Shown here piece by piece: positions 46,565 to 55,628 of a stretch of 64,000 nucleotides of DNA. The notes below the pieces were generated by a model that did no database searches, was not told the DNA's origin, and saw only the letters and a list, made by a program, of their open reading frames with translations. Origin of the DNA: Minisyncoccota bacterium (GTDB lineage: Bacteria > Patescibacteriota > Minisyncoccia > Phycocordibacterales > XYD1-FULL-46-19); the NCBI GenBank assembly GCA_041664425.1, contig JBAYKU010000002.1:13142-77141 (forward strand), in the 5' to 3' direction. The position numbers and the translations under genes were made by a program. The first letter of the stretch is position 1. Each line of letters begins with the position of its first letter.

Positions 46565-47197
46565 TTAATGGCGGTTAGACAAGGCGTTTTTCAGTGTTTC
46601 GGCATCGGAATATTCGATTTCCAGACCACCCGATAGACCTCGACCGAGTAGAGTAAATTGAAAATGATATTTTTCCACTAAACCAGCCAAATGTTCTTTC
46701 AAATATTCGATGGTGTGGTCGGCTTCAGTGGTGACGGCAAAAGCTAAAATTACTTCAGTCAGTCTATTGGTACTAGCCAATTTTTCTATTTGTTTGATTA
46801 GGCTACCAATACGAATTTTTTTCTCCGGCTCTTTTTCTAGAATTGGCACTAGCCCGCCGAGGACGAAATATTGGCCGAGATAGGAGCCAGCCTTTTCGAT
46901 GGCTTCGAGGTCCGCATCCTTTTCAATCACTAAAAGTTGACCGTTGTGGCGATGTTCGTCACGACAAATAGGGCAAGACCGACTATCGTCGGCTTCGTGG
47001 CCGTCTTGGTAGAAGCGTCGGCAATCAGGGCAAGAGCTGACGAGGCGTGGTAATTCGGCGATAAGTTTGGTCAGTCGGTGATGGAGAGTGGTATCTTGTT
47101 GGAGCAGAAAATAAACAAAACGCTTGGCTTGGCGCGGGCCAATGCCAGGGAAGCGTTTAAAAATCTCGGCCAGCTCAGCAATAATTTGATTACTCAT
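46565..47197 (-). CDS. recR: Recombination mediator RecR
   Basis: PGIGPRQAKR HhH motif, CxxC...CxxC, Toprim domain, GLEIEYSD. Confidence 0.95.
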   Translation of the reverse strand: MSNQIIAELAEIFKRFPGIGPRQAKRFVYFLLQQDTTLHHRLTKLIAELPRLVSSCPDCRRFYQDGHEADDSRSCPICRDEHRHNGQLLVIEKDADLEAIEKAGSYLGQYFVLGGLVPILEKEPEKKIRIGSLIKQIEKLASTNRLTEVILAFAVTTEADHTIEYLKEHLAGLVEKYHFQFTLLGRGLSGGLEIEYSDAETLKNALSNRH

Positions 47198-47322
47198 TTT
47201 TAAATTCTAATTTCTAAATTCTAAGCACGAAACAAATCATAAATCATAATATTTAAACATAATTTCATTTTTTAATATTTTGAATTTGTTTCGGATTTAG
47301 TGCTTATAATTTCGGATTTTAA

Positions 47323-48732
47323 TCAAAATGCTCCGAAATCTCCACCTTGTTGATTTTTATCAATCGAAACGAAACTGGTTCTGGCTTCGTCAAAGTAAAG
47401 TTTAATGCTACCAGTGGGACCGTTGCGGTGTTTTTCTATCATAATTTCAGCAATATTTTTCTGGTCAGACATCTCATTTTGTTTGTCTTCGCGGTGAATA
47501 AACATAACGACGTCAGCATCCTGTTCAATAGAACCAGAATCACGAAGGTCCGAAAGACGAGGTTTGCCACCGCGTTGTTCGACAGCACGCGAGAGCTGGG
47601 ATAGGGCAATGACTGGCACTTCGAGTTCACGAGCTAGTTGTTTGAGTGAGCGAGAGATTTCGGTCACTTGTTGGACCATTGATTCGCTGGAGGTCCGGGG
47701 CACCATTAGCTGGAGGTAGTCGACAATAATCAGATCGAGACCGAATTCACCTTTGAGTCGACGAGCTTCGGCTTTCATTTTGACAATATTGTTTGATGAT
47801 TCATCATCAATATAAATCGGAGCAGAGGAGAGGGCGGCCATCGCATCACGAATGCGCGCCAATTCTTCCTCGCTGTTAACTTTACCAGTGCGCAGTTTCC
47901 AGGAATCAACATAACTTTCGGCTGAGATTACACGGTCAACCAGCTGGTGAACACTCATTTCCAGTGAAAAAATCGCGACATGATGTTTGTGACGAATAGC
48001 GGCGTTGCGAGCAATATCCAGAGCGAGAGAAGTTTTACCCATGGATGGGCGGGCTGCTAGAATAATCAAATCTGATTTTTGGAAACCGGCCAGCTTATCA
48101 TCGAGATCGGGAAAGCCAGAACGAATACCGCGAATTTCATCGCTGTGTTTACTGAGGTGTTCGAAACGTTCCCAGGCATCGTTTAAAGTGTCTCTGATTG
48201 CCACAAAACGCTTTTTGGTAAAATTACTGGCGTTAAAAATAATTTTCTGGGCTTGGTCAAAAACGGAATCTATATCCTCGTGTTCGTTGTAGCCTAGCTC
48301 GGAGATGAGATCGGCCGAATCAATCAGGGTGCGAAGGGATGATTTTTTCTGGACGATTTCGGCATAGTATTTGAGGTTGGCGGCGGAGGGAACAAATTCA
48401 ATCAACTCAGCCAAGTAGCTACTACCGCCAGCCGACTCGAGCTGACCATTTTGGGATAGTAGGGATGTAACGGAAACAATATCTATTGGTTCACCTTTTT
48501 CCGACAAGGCAAACATGGTTTTAAAGACAAGTTTGTGTTTGAGGGCATAAAAGTCATCAGGGTTGACGACATCAACGATGTCATACAGACCAGAAGGTTT
48601 AATCAACAGAGCCCCTAAGAGCGCCTTCTCGGCTGAGAGGTCTTGTGGGGGCATTTTAAGGCGACTGGCGACAGCTGTAGAGGTGGGCACAGTCAAAGCC
48701 TGTCGGTTTTGGGATTTGAAGGGTTGGGGCAT
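47323..48732 (-). CDS. dnaB: Replicative DNA helicase DnaB
   Basis: Motifs AARPSMGKT, FSLEM, VDYLQLM, LSQLSR, DLRDSGSIEQDAD and KHRNGPTG. Confidence 0.98.
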   Translation of the reverse strand: MPQPFKSQNRQALTVPTSTAVASRLKMPPQDLSAEKALLGALLIKPSGLYDIVDVVNPDDFYALKHKLVFKTMFALSEKGEPIDIVSVTSLLSQNGQLESAGGSSYLAELIEFVPSAANLKYYAEIVQKKSSLRTLIDSADLISELGYNEHEDIDSVFDQAQKIIFNASNFTKKRFVAIRDTLNDAWERFEHLSKHSDEIRGIRSGFPDLDDKLAGFQKSDLIILAARPSMGKTSLALDIARNAAIRHKHHVAIFSLEMSVHQLVDRVISAESYVDSWKLRTGKVNSEEELARIRDAMAALSSAPIYIDDESSNNIVKMKAEARRLKGEFGLDLIIVDYLQLMVPRTSSESMVQQVTEISRSLKQLARELEVPVIALSQLSRAVEQRGGKPRLSDLRDSGSIEQDADVVMFIHREDKQNEMSDQKNIAEIMIEKHRNGPTGSIKLYFDEARTSFVSIDKNQQGGDFGAF

Positions 48733-48878
48733 TTACCCTATTAAGTAAGATTTGACCTTACTTTTATTAAATTAACTTTAAATTTTCGACGAATCGCTAT
48801 TAAATACTGGCTTTTTGGTACCTTTTAGTCAAATCTAAGCTTTATTTTACAAAATAAAGCTTTACTTAACTGGGTAAA
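48732..48878. repeat. ACCCY-family miniature inverted-repeat element forming the dnaB leader
   Basis: Termini tttaccctattaagtaa / ttacttaactgggtaaa. Inner arm agatttgac...gtcaaatct and hairpin aagctttatttt-ac-aaaataaagctt. Confidence 0.7.
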
Positions 48879-49006
48879 GCTATTTTAGCATGAAGCTTTA
48901 TGACCACGCTAAGGCTAAAATACCTAAAACAGGGGACAAGCGGTGGATATAAAAATAACACCAAGAGTTAAGCCTTTGTCAAAAATATAGCCGGGTCAGG
49001 ATGTGG

Positions 49007-50422
49007 CTAAATCCTGCCCTTTTTTCGTAGAGCAACACCATTATCGGTGTCTAAGACTTCGTAGCCTAGATCAGCAATCTGGTCTCGGATCTGATCGGCG
49101 AGAGACCAGTCTTTGGCTAGACGAGCTTTCTCGCGCTCCTGTGCCAACAACTCGATATCTTCTGGAATTTTTTCTACAATTAAATGCTCGGCAATTTTTA
49201 AACCTAAAACTTGATCAAAATCGAGCAGGGTGGCCAGCTTATCTGCGGGAGAAATTTCCTCATCTTTGGCTAGCTCCCAGACAGTCGCTAGGGCCTGGGG
49301 TGAGTTTAAATCGCGGTCGAGGGCTTCGTCGAATTTCTGGCGATAATTTTTATCAATTATACCGGCAAGATTGTTTGAATTATTTTTCCAATCACGAGCT
49401 TGGCTGATCAGCTTTAGCCAAGCAGTTTCGGATCCAGCTAAAGCTTCCCAAGTGAAATTGATGGTTTGGTTGTAACTGCTCTGTAGTACAAAATAGCGAT
49501 AGGATATGGGGTTGATTGCTTTTAAAGCAAAATCTTCATAAATATAAACATTACCTAGAGATTTAGACATCTTTTTGCCATCAACTAGGACGTGTTCGGA
49601 ATGAAGCCAATATTTGACGAAGTCCTGCCCGGTCAGAGCTTTCGACTGAGCCATCTCGTTAGTGTGGTGGGGAAAAGCGAGATCGACACCACCGGTATGA
49701 ATGTCTATTGTTTCATCGCCAAAAAATACACGATTAATTGCCGAACATTCGATGTGCCAGCCGGGGCGACCAAAGCCTAGCCGCTCATGGGCCCAGCCAA
49801 TATTGCCATCTTCCACCGTATGATTTTTCCAGAGAACAAAATCGCTGAGATTATCTTTATCGTATTCATCAACTTTCACTCGGGCCCCATTTTTTTTACC
49901 TTCGATAAATTTATTACCCATCAGTGATCCGTAATCGCCAAAAGCTTGCTGGTATTTTTCAATACTAAAATAAGTGCTACCATCATCGGCTTGATAAGCA
50001 AAACCTTTATCAATTAATTCAATTATAAATTTCTGAATTTCTGGTATAGCCTCAGTAACTTTTTTAAATTTAATTTCTTTTGTCGATATATTTAAAGACC
50101 ATAAATCAACATCAAAAGAGACTGCAAATTTTCTAGTATATTCTTCTAAATGTTCATTGTTTGCTTCTGACCCGAATTTATCAACTGTTCCTTTAATGGT
50201 TTTATCATCCACATCGGTAATATTCATGACCCAGTTAGGCTTTAACCCCTTGTATTTTAAAGTACGAAAAAGTAGATCGGCAAAGATGTAAGCTCGGAGA
50301 TTGCCAATATGGGCGCGGTTATAAACAGTTGGGCCACAAGTATAGAGACTAACAACTGGAGGGTTTAGGGGTTCAAAAGGCTGTTTAGACCTCCCTAGAG
50401 AATTTAATAGATTTAAAGCCAT
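49007..50422 (-). CDS. cysS: Cysteine--tRNA ligase
   Basis: Motifs CGPTVY..AHIGN, DFVLWK, GRPGWHIECS, FPHH.NE and KMSKS. Confidence 0.97.
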   Translation of the reverse strand: MALNLLNSLGRSKQPFEPLNPPVVSLYTCGPTVYNRAHIGNLRAYIFADLLFRTLKYKGLKPNWVMNITDVDDKTIKGTVDKFGSEANNEHLEEYTRKFAVSFDVDLWSLNISTKEIKFKKVTEAIPEIQKFIIELIDKGFAYQADDGSTYFSIEKYQQAFGDYGSLMGNKFIEGKKNGARVKVDEYDKDNLSDFVLWKNHTVEDGNIGWAHERLGFGRPGWHIECSAINRVFFGDETIDIHTGGVDLAFPHHTNEMAQSKALTGQDFVKYWLHSEHVLVDGKKMSKSLGNVYIYEDFALKAINPISYRYFVLQSSYNQTINFTWEALAGSETAWLKLISQARDWKNNSNNLAGIIDKNYRQKFDEALDRDLNSPQALATVWELAKDEEISPADKLATLLDFDQVLGLKIAEHLIVEKIPEDIELLAQEREKARLAKDWSLADQIRDQIADLGYEVLDTDNGVALRKKGRI

Positions 50423-51348
50423 TTCTTATACTTAACAAATAAAAAGGTCGTAATCAAGCAGGCGGCCATGATTGTTAAGATTATAAAGAAACCACTGTCT
50501 GTTTTGATGATGGGCATATTATCACTAGAACCGCTCATGCCGAATATTGTGCCGATCAAAGTCAGAGGCATAAAAATAAAAGAAACCACCGTCAAAACTT
50601 TCATGGTTTCGTTAGTTTTGATCGAGAGGAGAGACTCATTGGTCGAACGCAATTCATTGAAAGTCTCGCGTTGGTTTTCGAGCATGGACCAAACTTTTTC
50701 ATATTGGCCAATAATCGAACGAGTATAGTAGCCGTATTTTTCGCCATAAAAATCTCTTCCAGCCAGATCGAGGGAAGACAAAATACTGCGATGAGCTTTG
50801 AGGGCCCATTTAAAATCGAGAAAATCGCGATTGAGCTTGGCGAGAACGGAAACGGTCTCTGATTCATAACCGGAGAAAATTTTGTCCTCAATTCTTTTCA
50901 GGTTGTCATTGAGGTATTCGAGACCAGGTTCGAGTGACTCGTAAATTTGATCGATCATATAATAGAACAACATGCCAGCGTGAGTTTCGCTACCTTTCTT
51001 TTTACTGAGGGCGGAATTGGACTCAAAGACTTCAGCAAATTCGTTTAACTGTTGGACCGGCTGGTAGTGGGTAGTGATGAGAAAGTCCTTACCGAGGATA
51101 AAATCAACCTCAAAAATTTCGCGGTGATGATCAGCGGTGTTGCCGAAAAAATTACTAACTGGAAAATGCAAAACCAAATAAATAAAATCATCATAGAGGT
51201 CAGCTTTTGGTCTAGCACTAGGAACTCTTAATTCATGAGCTACTAGAGTTGGAATATCATACTGTTTAGAAATCTCCTCAATTTCATCTCGTGATGGAGT
51301 TTCGATATCTACCCAAGTAATATTTTTGTATTTTATTTGACGGAGCAT
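50413..51348 (-). CDS. corA: CorA-family divalent cation transporter
   Basis: Motifs TWVDIE, RPK, NETMKVLT..S.IF.P.T.I..IFGM and C-terminal KKWL. Confidence 0.9.
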   Translation of the reverse strand: MLRQIKYKNITWVDIETPSRDEIEEISKQYDIPTLVAHELRVPSARPKADLYDDFIYLVLHFPVSNFFGNTADHHREIFEVDFILGKDFLITTHYQPVQQLNEFAEVFESNSALSKKKGSETHAGMLFYYMIDQIYESLEPGLEYLNDNLKRIEDKIFSGYESETVSVLAKLNRDFLDFKWALKAHRSILSSLDLAGRDFYGEKYGYYTRSIIGQYEKVWSMLENQRETFNELRSTNESLLSIKTNETMKVLTVVSFIFMPLTLIGTIFGMSGSSDNMPIIKTDSGFFIILTIMAACLITTFLFVKYKKWL

Positions 51349-51418
51349 TGTTAGGATAATTATACACTATTAATAAGTTTGACCTCAAGTATTTTGTTTG
51401 CGATAATTGGGATAACTT

Positions 51419-52663
51419 ATGAAAGACTACAAAATTTATGCCGTGGGGGCGGCTGTTTTTATCATCGTGATTGGTGGTGTTTTTTGGTTAGGACTTTATT
51501 TTGGCTACAATAACCAACCATACATCCTGCGTTTTACGGGTATTTCTAGTAAGGAGCCGGTAGAGATTGCTGGTGAAGCAGACTTTGCACCTTTTTGGAA
51601 AGCCTGGGCTTTACTCAATGAAAATTTTGTTGATAACAGTACGTCGTCAAAAAAAGTTGTCACTAATCAGGATCGAGTTTGGGGGGCAGTGTCTGGTCTG
51701 ACGGATTCTCTAGGTGATCCTTATACTGTTTTTATGCCACCAGAAAAAAAGACTCGTTTTGACGAAGATATTGCCGGTAATTTTGGTGGCCTGGGAATGG
51801 AAGTCGGTGTGCGTGATGGCATGATTACGGTTATTTCACCATTACCTGATTCACCAGCTAAAAAAGCTGGGATTATGTCTGGTGATGTTATTGCTAAGGT
51901 GGGAGCGACTTCGACCGCTAGCATGAGTTTAGATGAGGCAATCAAATACATGCGCGGTCCAAAGGGAACTAAAGTTCATCTGGCTCTACTTCGAGAAAAA
52001 GTCAGTCAGCCAATAGAGATTGATGTGGTTCGCGATACGATTATTTTACCGACGATTGAAACCAAAGAATTAACTGGCGGTGTTTATCAAATTAGCTTGT
52101 TTAATTTTTCTGCCCAGTCGCCTAATCTTTTCCGCGATGCCTTAGAGAAGTTTCTGCGCAGTGGTAGTGACAAATTAATTTTAGATTTACGTGGTAACCC
52201 GGGAGGCTATCTGGAGGCTTCTGTTGATATCGCCAGTTGGTTTTTGCCAGAAGGGAAGGTAATCGTCAAAGAAGAGCGGGGAAAAAATAAAGTTGAAACT
52301 ATATATAGAAGTAAGGGTTATGATATTTTTACAAAACTCAACCGCAAAGTGCAGATGATTGTGCTGGTGGATCAGGGGAGCGCTTCGGCGGCCGAAATTC
52401 TGGCGGGAGCTTTGTCAGAAAATGGTGTGGCTAAATTAGTCGGTCAGAAAACTTTTGGCAAGGGTTCGGTCCAGGAATTGATTCCGGTGACCGGTGATAC
52501 TTCTTTGAAAGTGACAGTGGCTCGCTGGCTGACCCCTAATGGCAACTCTATTTCTCATAGTGGTATTACGCCCGATACCTTGGTGGCAATCACTGCCGAA
52601 GATGTTAAAAAGGGGATAGACCCTCAGAAAGATAAAGCGGTGAAAATGTTGTTGGGAAAGTAA
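51419..52663 (+). CDS. Carboxyl-terminal processing protease (S41A)
   Basis: Motifs LGDPYT, PDZ domain, LDLRGNPGG, SASAAEI, TFGKGSVQ and GITPD. Confidence 0.95.
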   Translation: MKDYKIYAVGAAVFIIVIGGVFWLGLYFGYNNQPYILRFTGISSKEPVEIAGEADFAPFWKAWALLNENFVDNSTSSKKVVTNQDRVWGAVSGLTDSLGDPYTVFMPPEKKTRFDEDIAGNFGGLGMEVGVRDGMITVISPLPDSPAKKAGIMSGDVIAKVGATSTASMSLDEAIKYMRGPKGTKVHLALLREKVSQPIEIDVVRDTIILPTIETKELTGGVYQISLFNFSAQSPNLFRDALEKFLRSGSDKLILDLRGNPGGYLEASVDIASWFLPEGKVIVKEERGKNKVETIYRSKGYDIFTKLNRKVQMIVLVDQGSASAAEILAGALSENGVAKLVGQKTFGKGSVQELIPVTGDTSLKVTVARWLTPNGNSISHSGITPDTLVAITAEDVKKGIDPQKDKAVKMLLGK

Positions 52664-52687
52664 ACTAAAAAACTTTTTTCTCGTTTT

Positions 52688-52713
52688 GCAAACCCGCCAT
52701 CAGGCGGGTTTGC
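52688..52713 (+). terminator. Terminator-like hairpin
   Basis: gcaaacccgcc-atca-ggcgggtttgc. Confidence 0.7.
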
Positions 52714-52744
52714 TGATTGATTAAAAAAATGTTAAAAAGTAGGG

Positions 52745-53182
52745 ATGAAGATTATTCTATTAGTTGATGTCCCAAAAGTGGGGAAGCGCCACGAGGTCAA
52801 AGAGGTGGCTGATGGTTTTGCCCGCAATGTCCTCTTGCCTGCTAAAAAGGCGGTGGTGGCGACACCAGAAATGATTGCCAAAAATAAACAAGATCAGGAT
52901 CAGAAAGCACAGTCTATCGCTCATGAGGATCAGGTCTTTCTGGATTTGATTAAAAAACTACGTGAAGTTGATTTGACGATTATGGCCAAGTCTGGTAAGG
53001 GTGGCCATCTTTTTGCTTCTATTAAAGCTGATGAAATTGTGGCTTCTGCTAAAGCTTTAGGCTTTGATCTCAAGAAAGATTGGATTATTATTTCTGAACC
53101 AATTAAAACTGTCGGTGAACATCAGATTGAATTGAAAAGGGGAGGGAAGTCCGAAAAAATAAAACTAGTAGTTGTCGCTTAA
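52745..53182 (+). CDS. rplI: 50S ribosomal protein L9
   Basis: Motifs MKIILL.DV..VG, V.DGFARN.L.P, LFASI and IKTVGEH. Confidence 0.96.
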   Translation: MKIILLVDVPKVGKRHEVKEVADGFARNVLLPAKKAVVATPEMIAKNKQDQDQKAQSIAHEDQVFLDLIKKLREVDLTIMAKSGKGGHLFASIKADEIVASAKALGFDLKKDWIIISEPIKTVGEHQIELKRGGKSEKIKLVVVA

Positions 53183-53260
53183 AACAAAAACACCCTAGCC
53201 CAAAAAGAGACTGTGGTGTTTGTCGACTTGAAAGTGATCATTATGTTTTATCCTCTTTCT

Positions 53261-53365
53261 CTATGACTTTTTCAGGGTAAGGAAATGAAATACTTCCGCC
53301 AAATAGGCCAGAAATACGACTACCGATACTAACCCTCTGGTAATAAAAGATATAACAGTATCCAT
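53261..53365 (-). CDS. 34-aa hydrophobic orphan microprotein (not in the ORF track)
   Basis: AAGGAGG...AGGAGTG before the ATG. Protein MDTVISFITRGLVSVVVFLAYLAEVFHFLTLKKS. Leader resembles that of 53521-53766. Confidence 0.5.
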   Translation of the reverse strand: MDTVISFITRGLVSVVVFLAYLAEVFHFLTLKKS

Positions 53366-53520
53366 CACTCCTGTACCTCCTTTGGTTGAGGTTTAATTTC
53401 TGTCTAAAAAATTAGCACAGAGCCGAGACTAAGGCAAACCCAAAAATGTTACTTAAAAACAAACTGCGCCTCGGGTCATCTTTTCGATAACCCGAGGCGC
53501 GAAGGCTGGCCGGCAGAGTC

Positions 53521-53766
53521 TTATAACCTTTGGCATTCGGGAAATTCACCGTAGTCGTCCTTTCCCAACATCAAGTCAAATCCGACCTTGATTGCTAAGA
53601 GGAAAAGCCAACCCCAGAGAAAAACGATTAGAAAGAAGTTAGACGCAACTTCCTTCCCGTCCGAACAACTCCAGCATTCTACCAAATACCAACAGAAAAG
53701 AACCAGTCCTACGGTCAAGTACAGCCCCACCACAACCCCCGCCACACATAGCAGCATCGTCAACAT
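53521..53766 (-). CDS. Orphan protein with two TM helices
   Basis: GGAGG RBS, own TTGACT promoter, hairpin gcgcctcggg/cccgaggcgc downstream (53466-53500). Confidence 0.6.
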   Translation of the reverse strand: MLTMLLCVAGVVVGLYLTVGLVLFCWYLVECWSCSDGKEVASNFFLIVFLWGWLFLLAIKVGFDLMLGKDDYGEFPECQRL

Positions 53767-53844
53767 CCCAGTGTCCCTCCGTTTGCGTGAGTTAAATGCG
53801 GTTTATTTCTAAACAAAAATTACCACAAAGGGTGTCTCTAGTCA

Positions 53845-53878
53845 AAACAAAAACCCGCCGGTCGGCGGGTTTTTGTTT
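53845..53878 (-). terminator. rpmA terminator
   Basis: Inverted repeat aaacaaaaacccgccg / cggcgggtttttgttt. Confidence 0.85.
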
Positions 53879-53888
53879 GTTGAGATCT

Positions 53889-54161
53889 TTAGATGACACT
53901 CACTTTCTTAATGACTTTAGTCTTGCCATCAAAACAAGTTTTACGAACATTGGAGAACTTGACGACGCCTGGTTTGTCAGCAAAGAGCGTGTGGTCATTA
54001 CCAACGCGAACATTTTGTCCAGCGACAATGCGAGTGCCTCGCTGACGAACAATGATTGAACCGGCTTTAGCGACTTCACCATCGTAGAGCTTGGTACCAA
54101 GATACTTTGGAGCGGAATCATTTAGGTTTTTAGCTGTACCTCCAGCTTTACGATGTGCCAT
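53889..54161 (-). CDS. rpmA: 50S ribosomal protein L27
   Basis: Motifs [18 protein letters not shown] and DHTLFA. Confidence 0.98.
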   Translation of the reverse strand: MAHRKAGGTAKNLNDSAPKYLGTKLYDGEVAKAGSIIVRQRGTRIVAGQNVRVGNDHTLFADKPGVVKFSNVRKTCFDGKTKVIKKVSVI

Positions 54162-54213
54162 ATCTGTTTTTTAGTGGTTAATTTGCTAAAATATATAAAA
54201 TTTAGTAACGAAG

Positions 54214-54660
54214 ATGATTATAACCGACTTACGAGAGAAAATCAAGGGGATTAGCGACCGACTCTCGCCTCATGAGGGGGCGATCTGGGGTTTGACTATG
54301 TTTGTCGTTGGTAGTCTTCTGGTGGTTGGATTATGGCGTCTGGTGGGTCTATCTGGCGATCTCAGGCCTATTACTATCGAATCAGGGGTAGATTTTGCCG
54401 AGAGGTATGGTGGGGAACAGGGTAGAGGATTAGGGGTCAGCTCTACCCTAGCCTCCCCTACAGAGGATTTAAAGAGTCAGGACAGTCTTAGTGCCCCTGT
54501 CTCCTCTGGCCGCCTAGTCGCCTCTAAAAATGGTACTCGGTATTATTACGAACACTGTTCTGGGGTAAAGAGAATAAAAGAAACCAATAAAATTTACTTT
54601 GACAGTGAGGGCGAGGCGATGGCTCGGGGTTTGACTTTAGCTGCTAATTGTCAGCCTTAA
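54214..54660 (+). CDS. Membrane protein with a C-terminal Ada-like metal-binding domain
   Basis: TM, then VASKNGTRYY...C....I...N..YF.S..EA..RG. Confidence 0.75.
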   Translation: MIITDLREKIKGISDRLSPHEGAIWGLTMFVVGSLLVVGLWRLVGLSGDLRPITIESGVDFAERYGGEQGRGLGVSSTLASPTEDLKSQDSLSAPVSSGRLVASKNGTRYYYEHCSGVKRIKETNKIYFDSEGEAMARGLTLAANCQP

Positions 54661-54739
54661 TTAAAGAAAAAGAAAAGCCGTCGTTCGAATATTTCATCGA
54701 ACGGCGGCTCGGGTTTTGGAGAATTCTGAACTGTTCAGG

Positions 54740-55120
54740 TTACTCAAAACCGAGGGCTTTAATAATCGCTGGCTGGAGTTCGGTTGGGGTTTTAAAACGA
54801 AGTCCAATACTGTCCCAATCTGTTACCAACCCATACACGACCATACCGGCGACTGCTAATCTCTGCCGGTAGGTGGAAGAGATTGTTTCTGGGCTAGGAT
54901 TTTCCAGGGTCAAGGCTAGTAAGGTGGAGTGTTCCTTCTTCATTCCACCTTCTCTGACCATTCCAGCCAGGATAACCAGATGGTCCTTGTTGTTTTGGTC
55001 AGGGTAATAACCAATGAACTTGAAGGGGTCATATACGATCTGAGTTTGGTAGGGTTCGTATCTTTTTTCGGAGTGAAGGTACCACCAGACTTCTATGCGG
55101 GTAGGCACTTTTATTAGCAC
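54740..55120 (-). CDS. Orphan hypothetical protein
   Basis: GGGAGGAGAGAGG before the GTG, TATACT upstream, hairpin at about 54675-54710 downstream. Confidence 0.6.
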   Translation of the reverse strand: MLIKVPTRIEVWWYLHSEKRYEPYQTQIVYDPFKFIGYYPDQNNKDHLVILAGMVREGGMKKEHSTLLALTLENPSPETISSTYRQRLAVAGMVVYGLVTDWDSIGLRFKTPTELQPAIIKALGFE

Positions 55121-55433
55121 GGCCTCTCTCCTCCCAGTTTAAGGTTAGGTTTCTAATCCGCCCACAGTATAGGACTATTATTTTAAAAAACAACCAGATT
55201 GTTATTGACTTGACATACATCTATAATTCGTGTTGGAAAATGAAAAGCCAGAGGGGAGCTAAAATAGCATAAAATTAAAAAATAAAAATTAAAAATTTAT
55301 ATACCAGTGGGGAGAAGGGAGAGGAGAGTGGGCGGAGATTTTTAAGTGCAAATATAGAGGGAAATTAATTTTTTATTTTATTGGTCAAATCCTCGGGGAA
55401 GGACTTTTTTCAGTGATTTACGAGAGGGATACC

Positions 55434-55476
55434 ATGTCGCACAACATAGATTTTGCGCGAGTAGGTTATACGACAT
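55434..55476. other. Candidate dif-like (Xer) site at an apparent strand-skew switch
   Basis: ATGTCGCACAA-CATAGA-TTTTGCGCGAG (11-6-11 imperfect palindrome), plus IR atgtcgcacaac/gttatacgacat. Confidence 0.4.
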
Positions 55477-55628
55477 AAGCCTGTTATTAGTGTGTAATAT
55501 CCCGTCAGTTTACTGGCGGGTATTACGCTAAAATCCTGTTATCGGCGGTGGCCGATTCCTATTCTAAAAAAACAGCCCTGGTTCCACGCGCCGAATATCC
55601 CCCCCCCAATTGAGTGCGTGGGCTTGTT

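Noticed and set aside
48920-48960. Replication origin near dnaB, based on DnaA-box-like words
   Set aside because: Only one or two degenerate boxes, no dnaA/dnaN nearby, and the visible skew change in the window is terminus-type.
53180-53850. Integron cassette array
   Set aside because: No integron integrase and no convincing attC ends; each cassette carries its own promoter.
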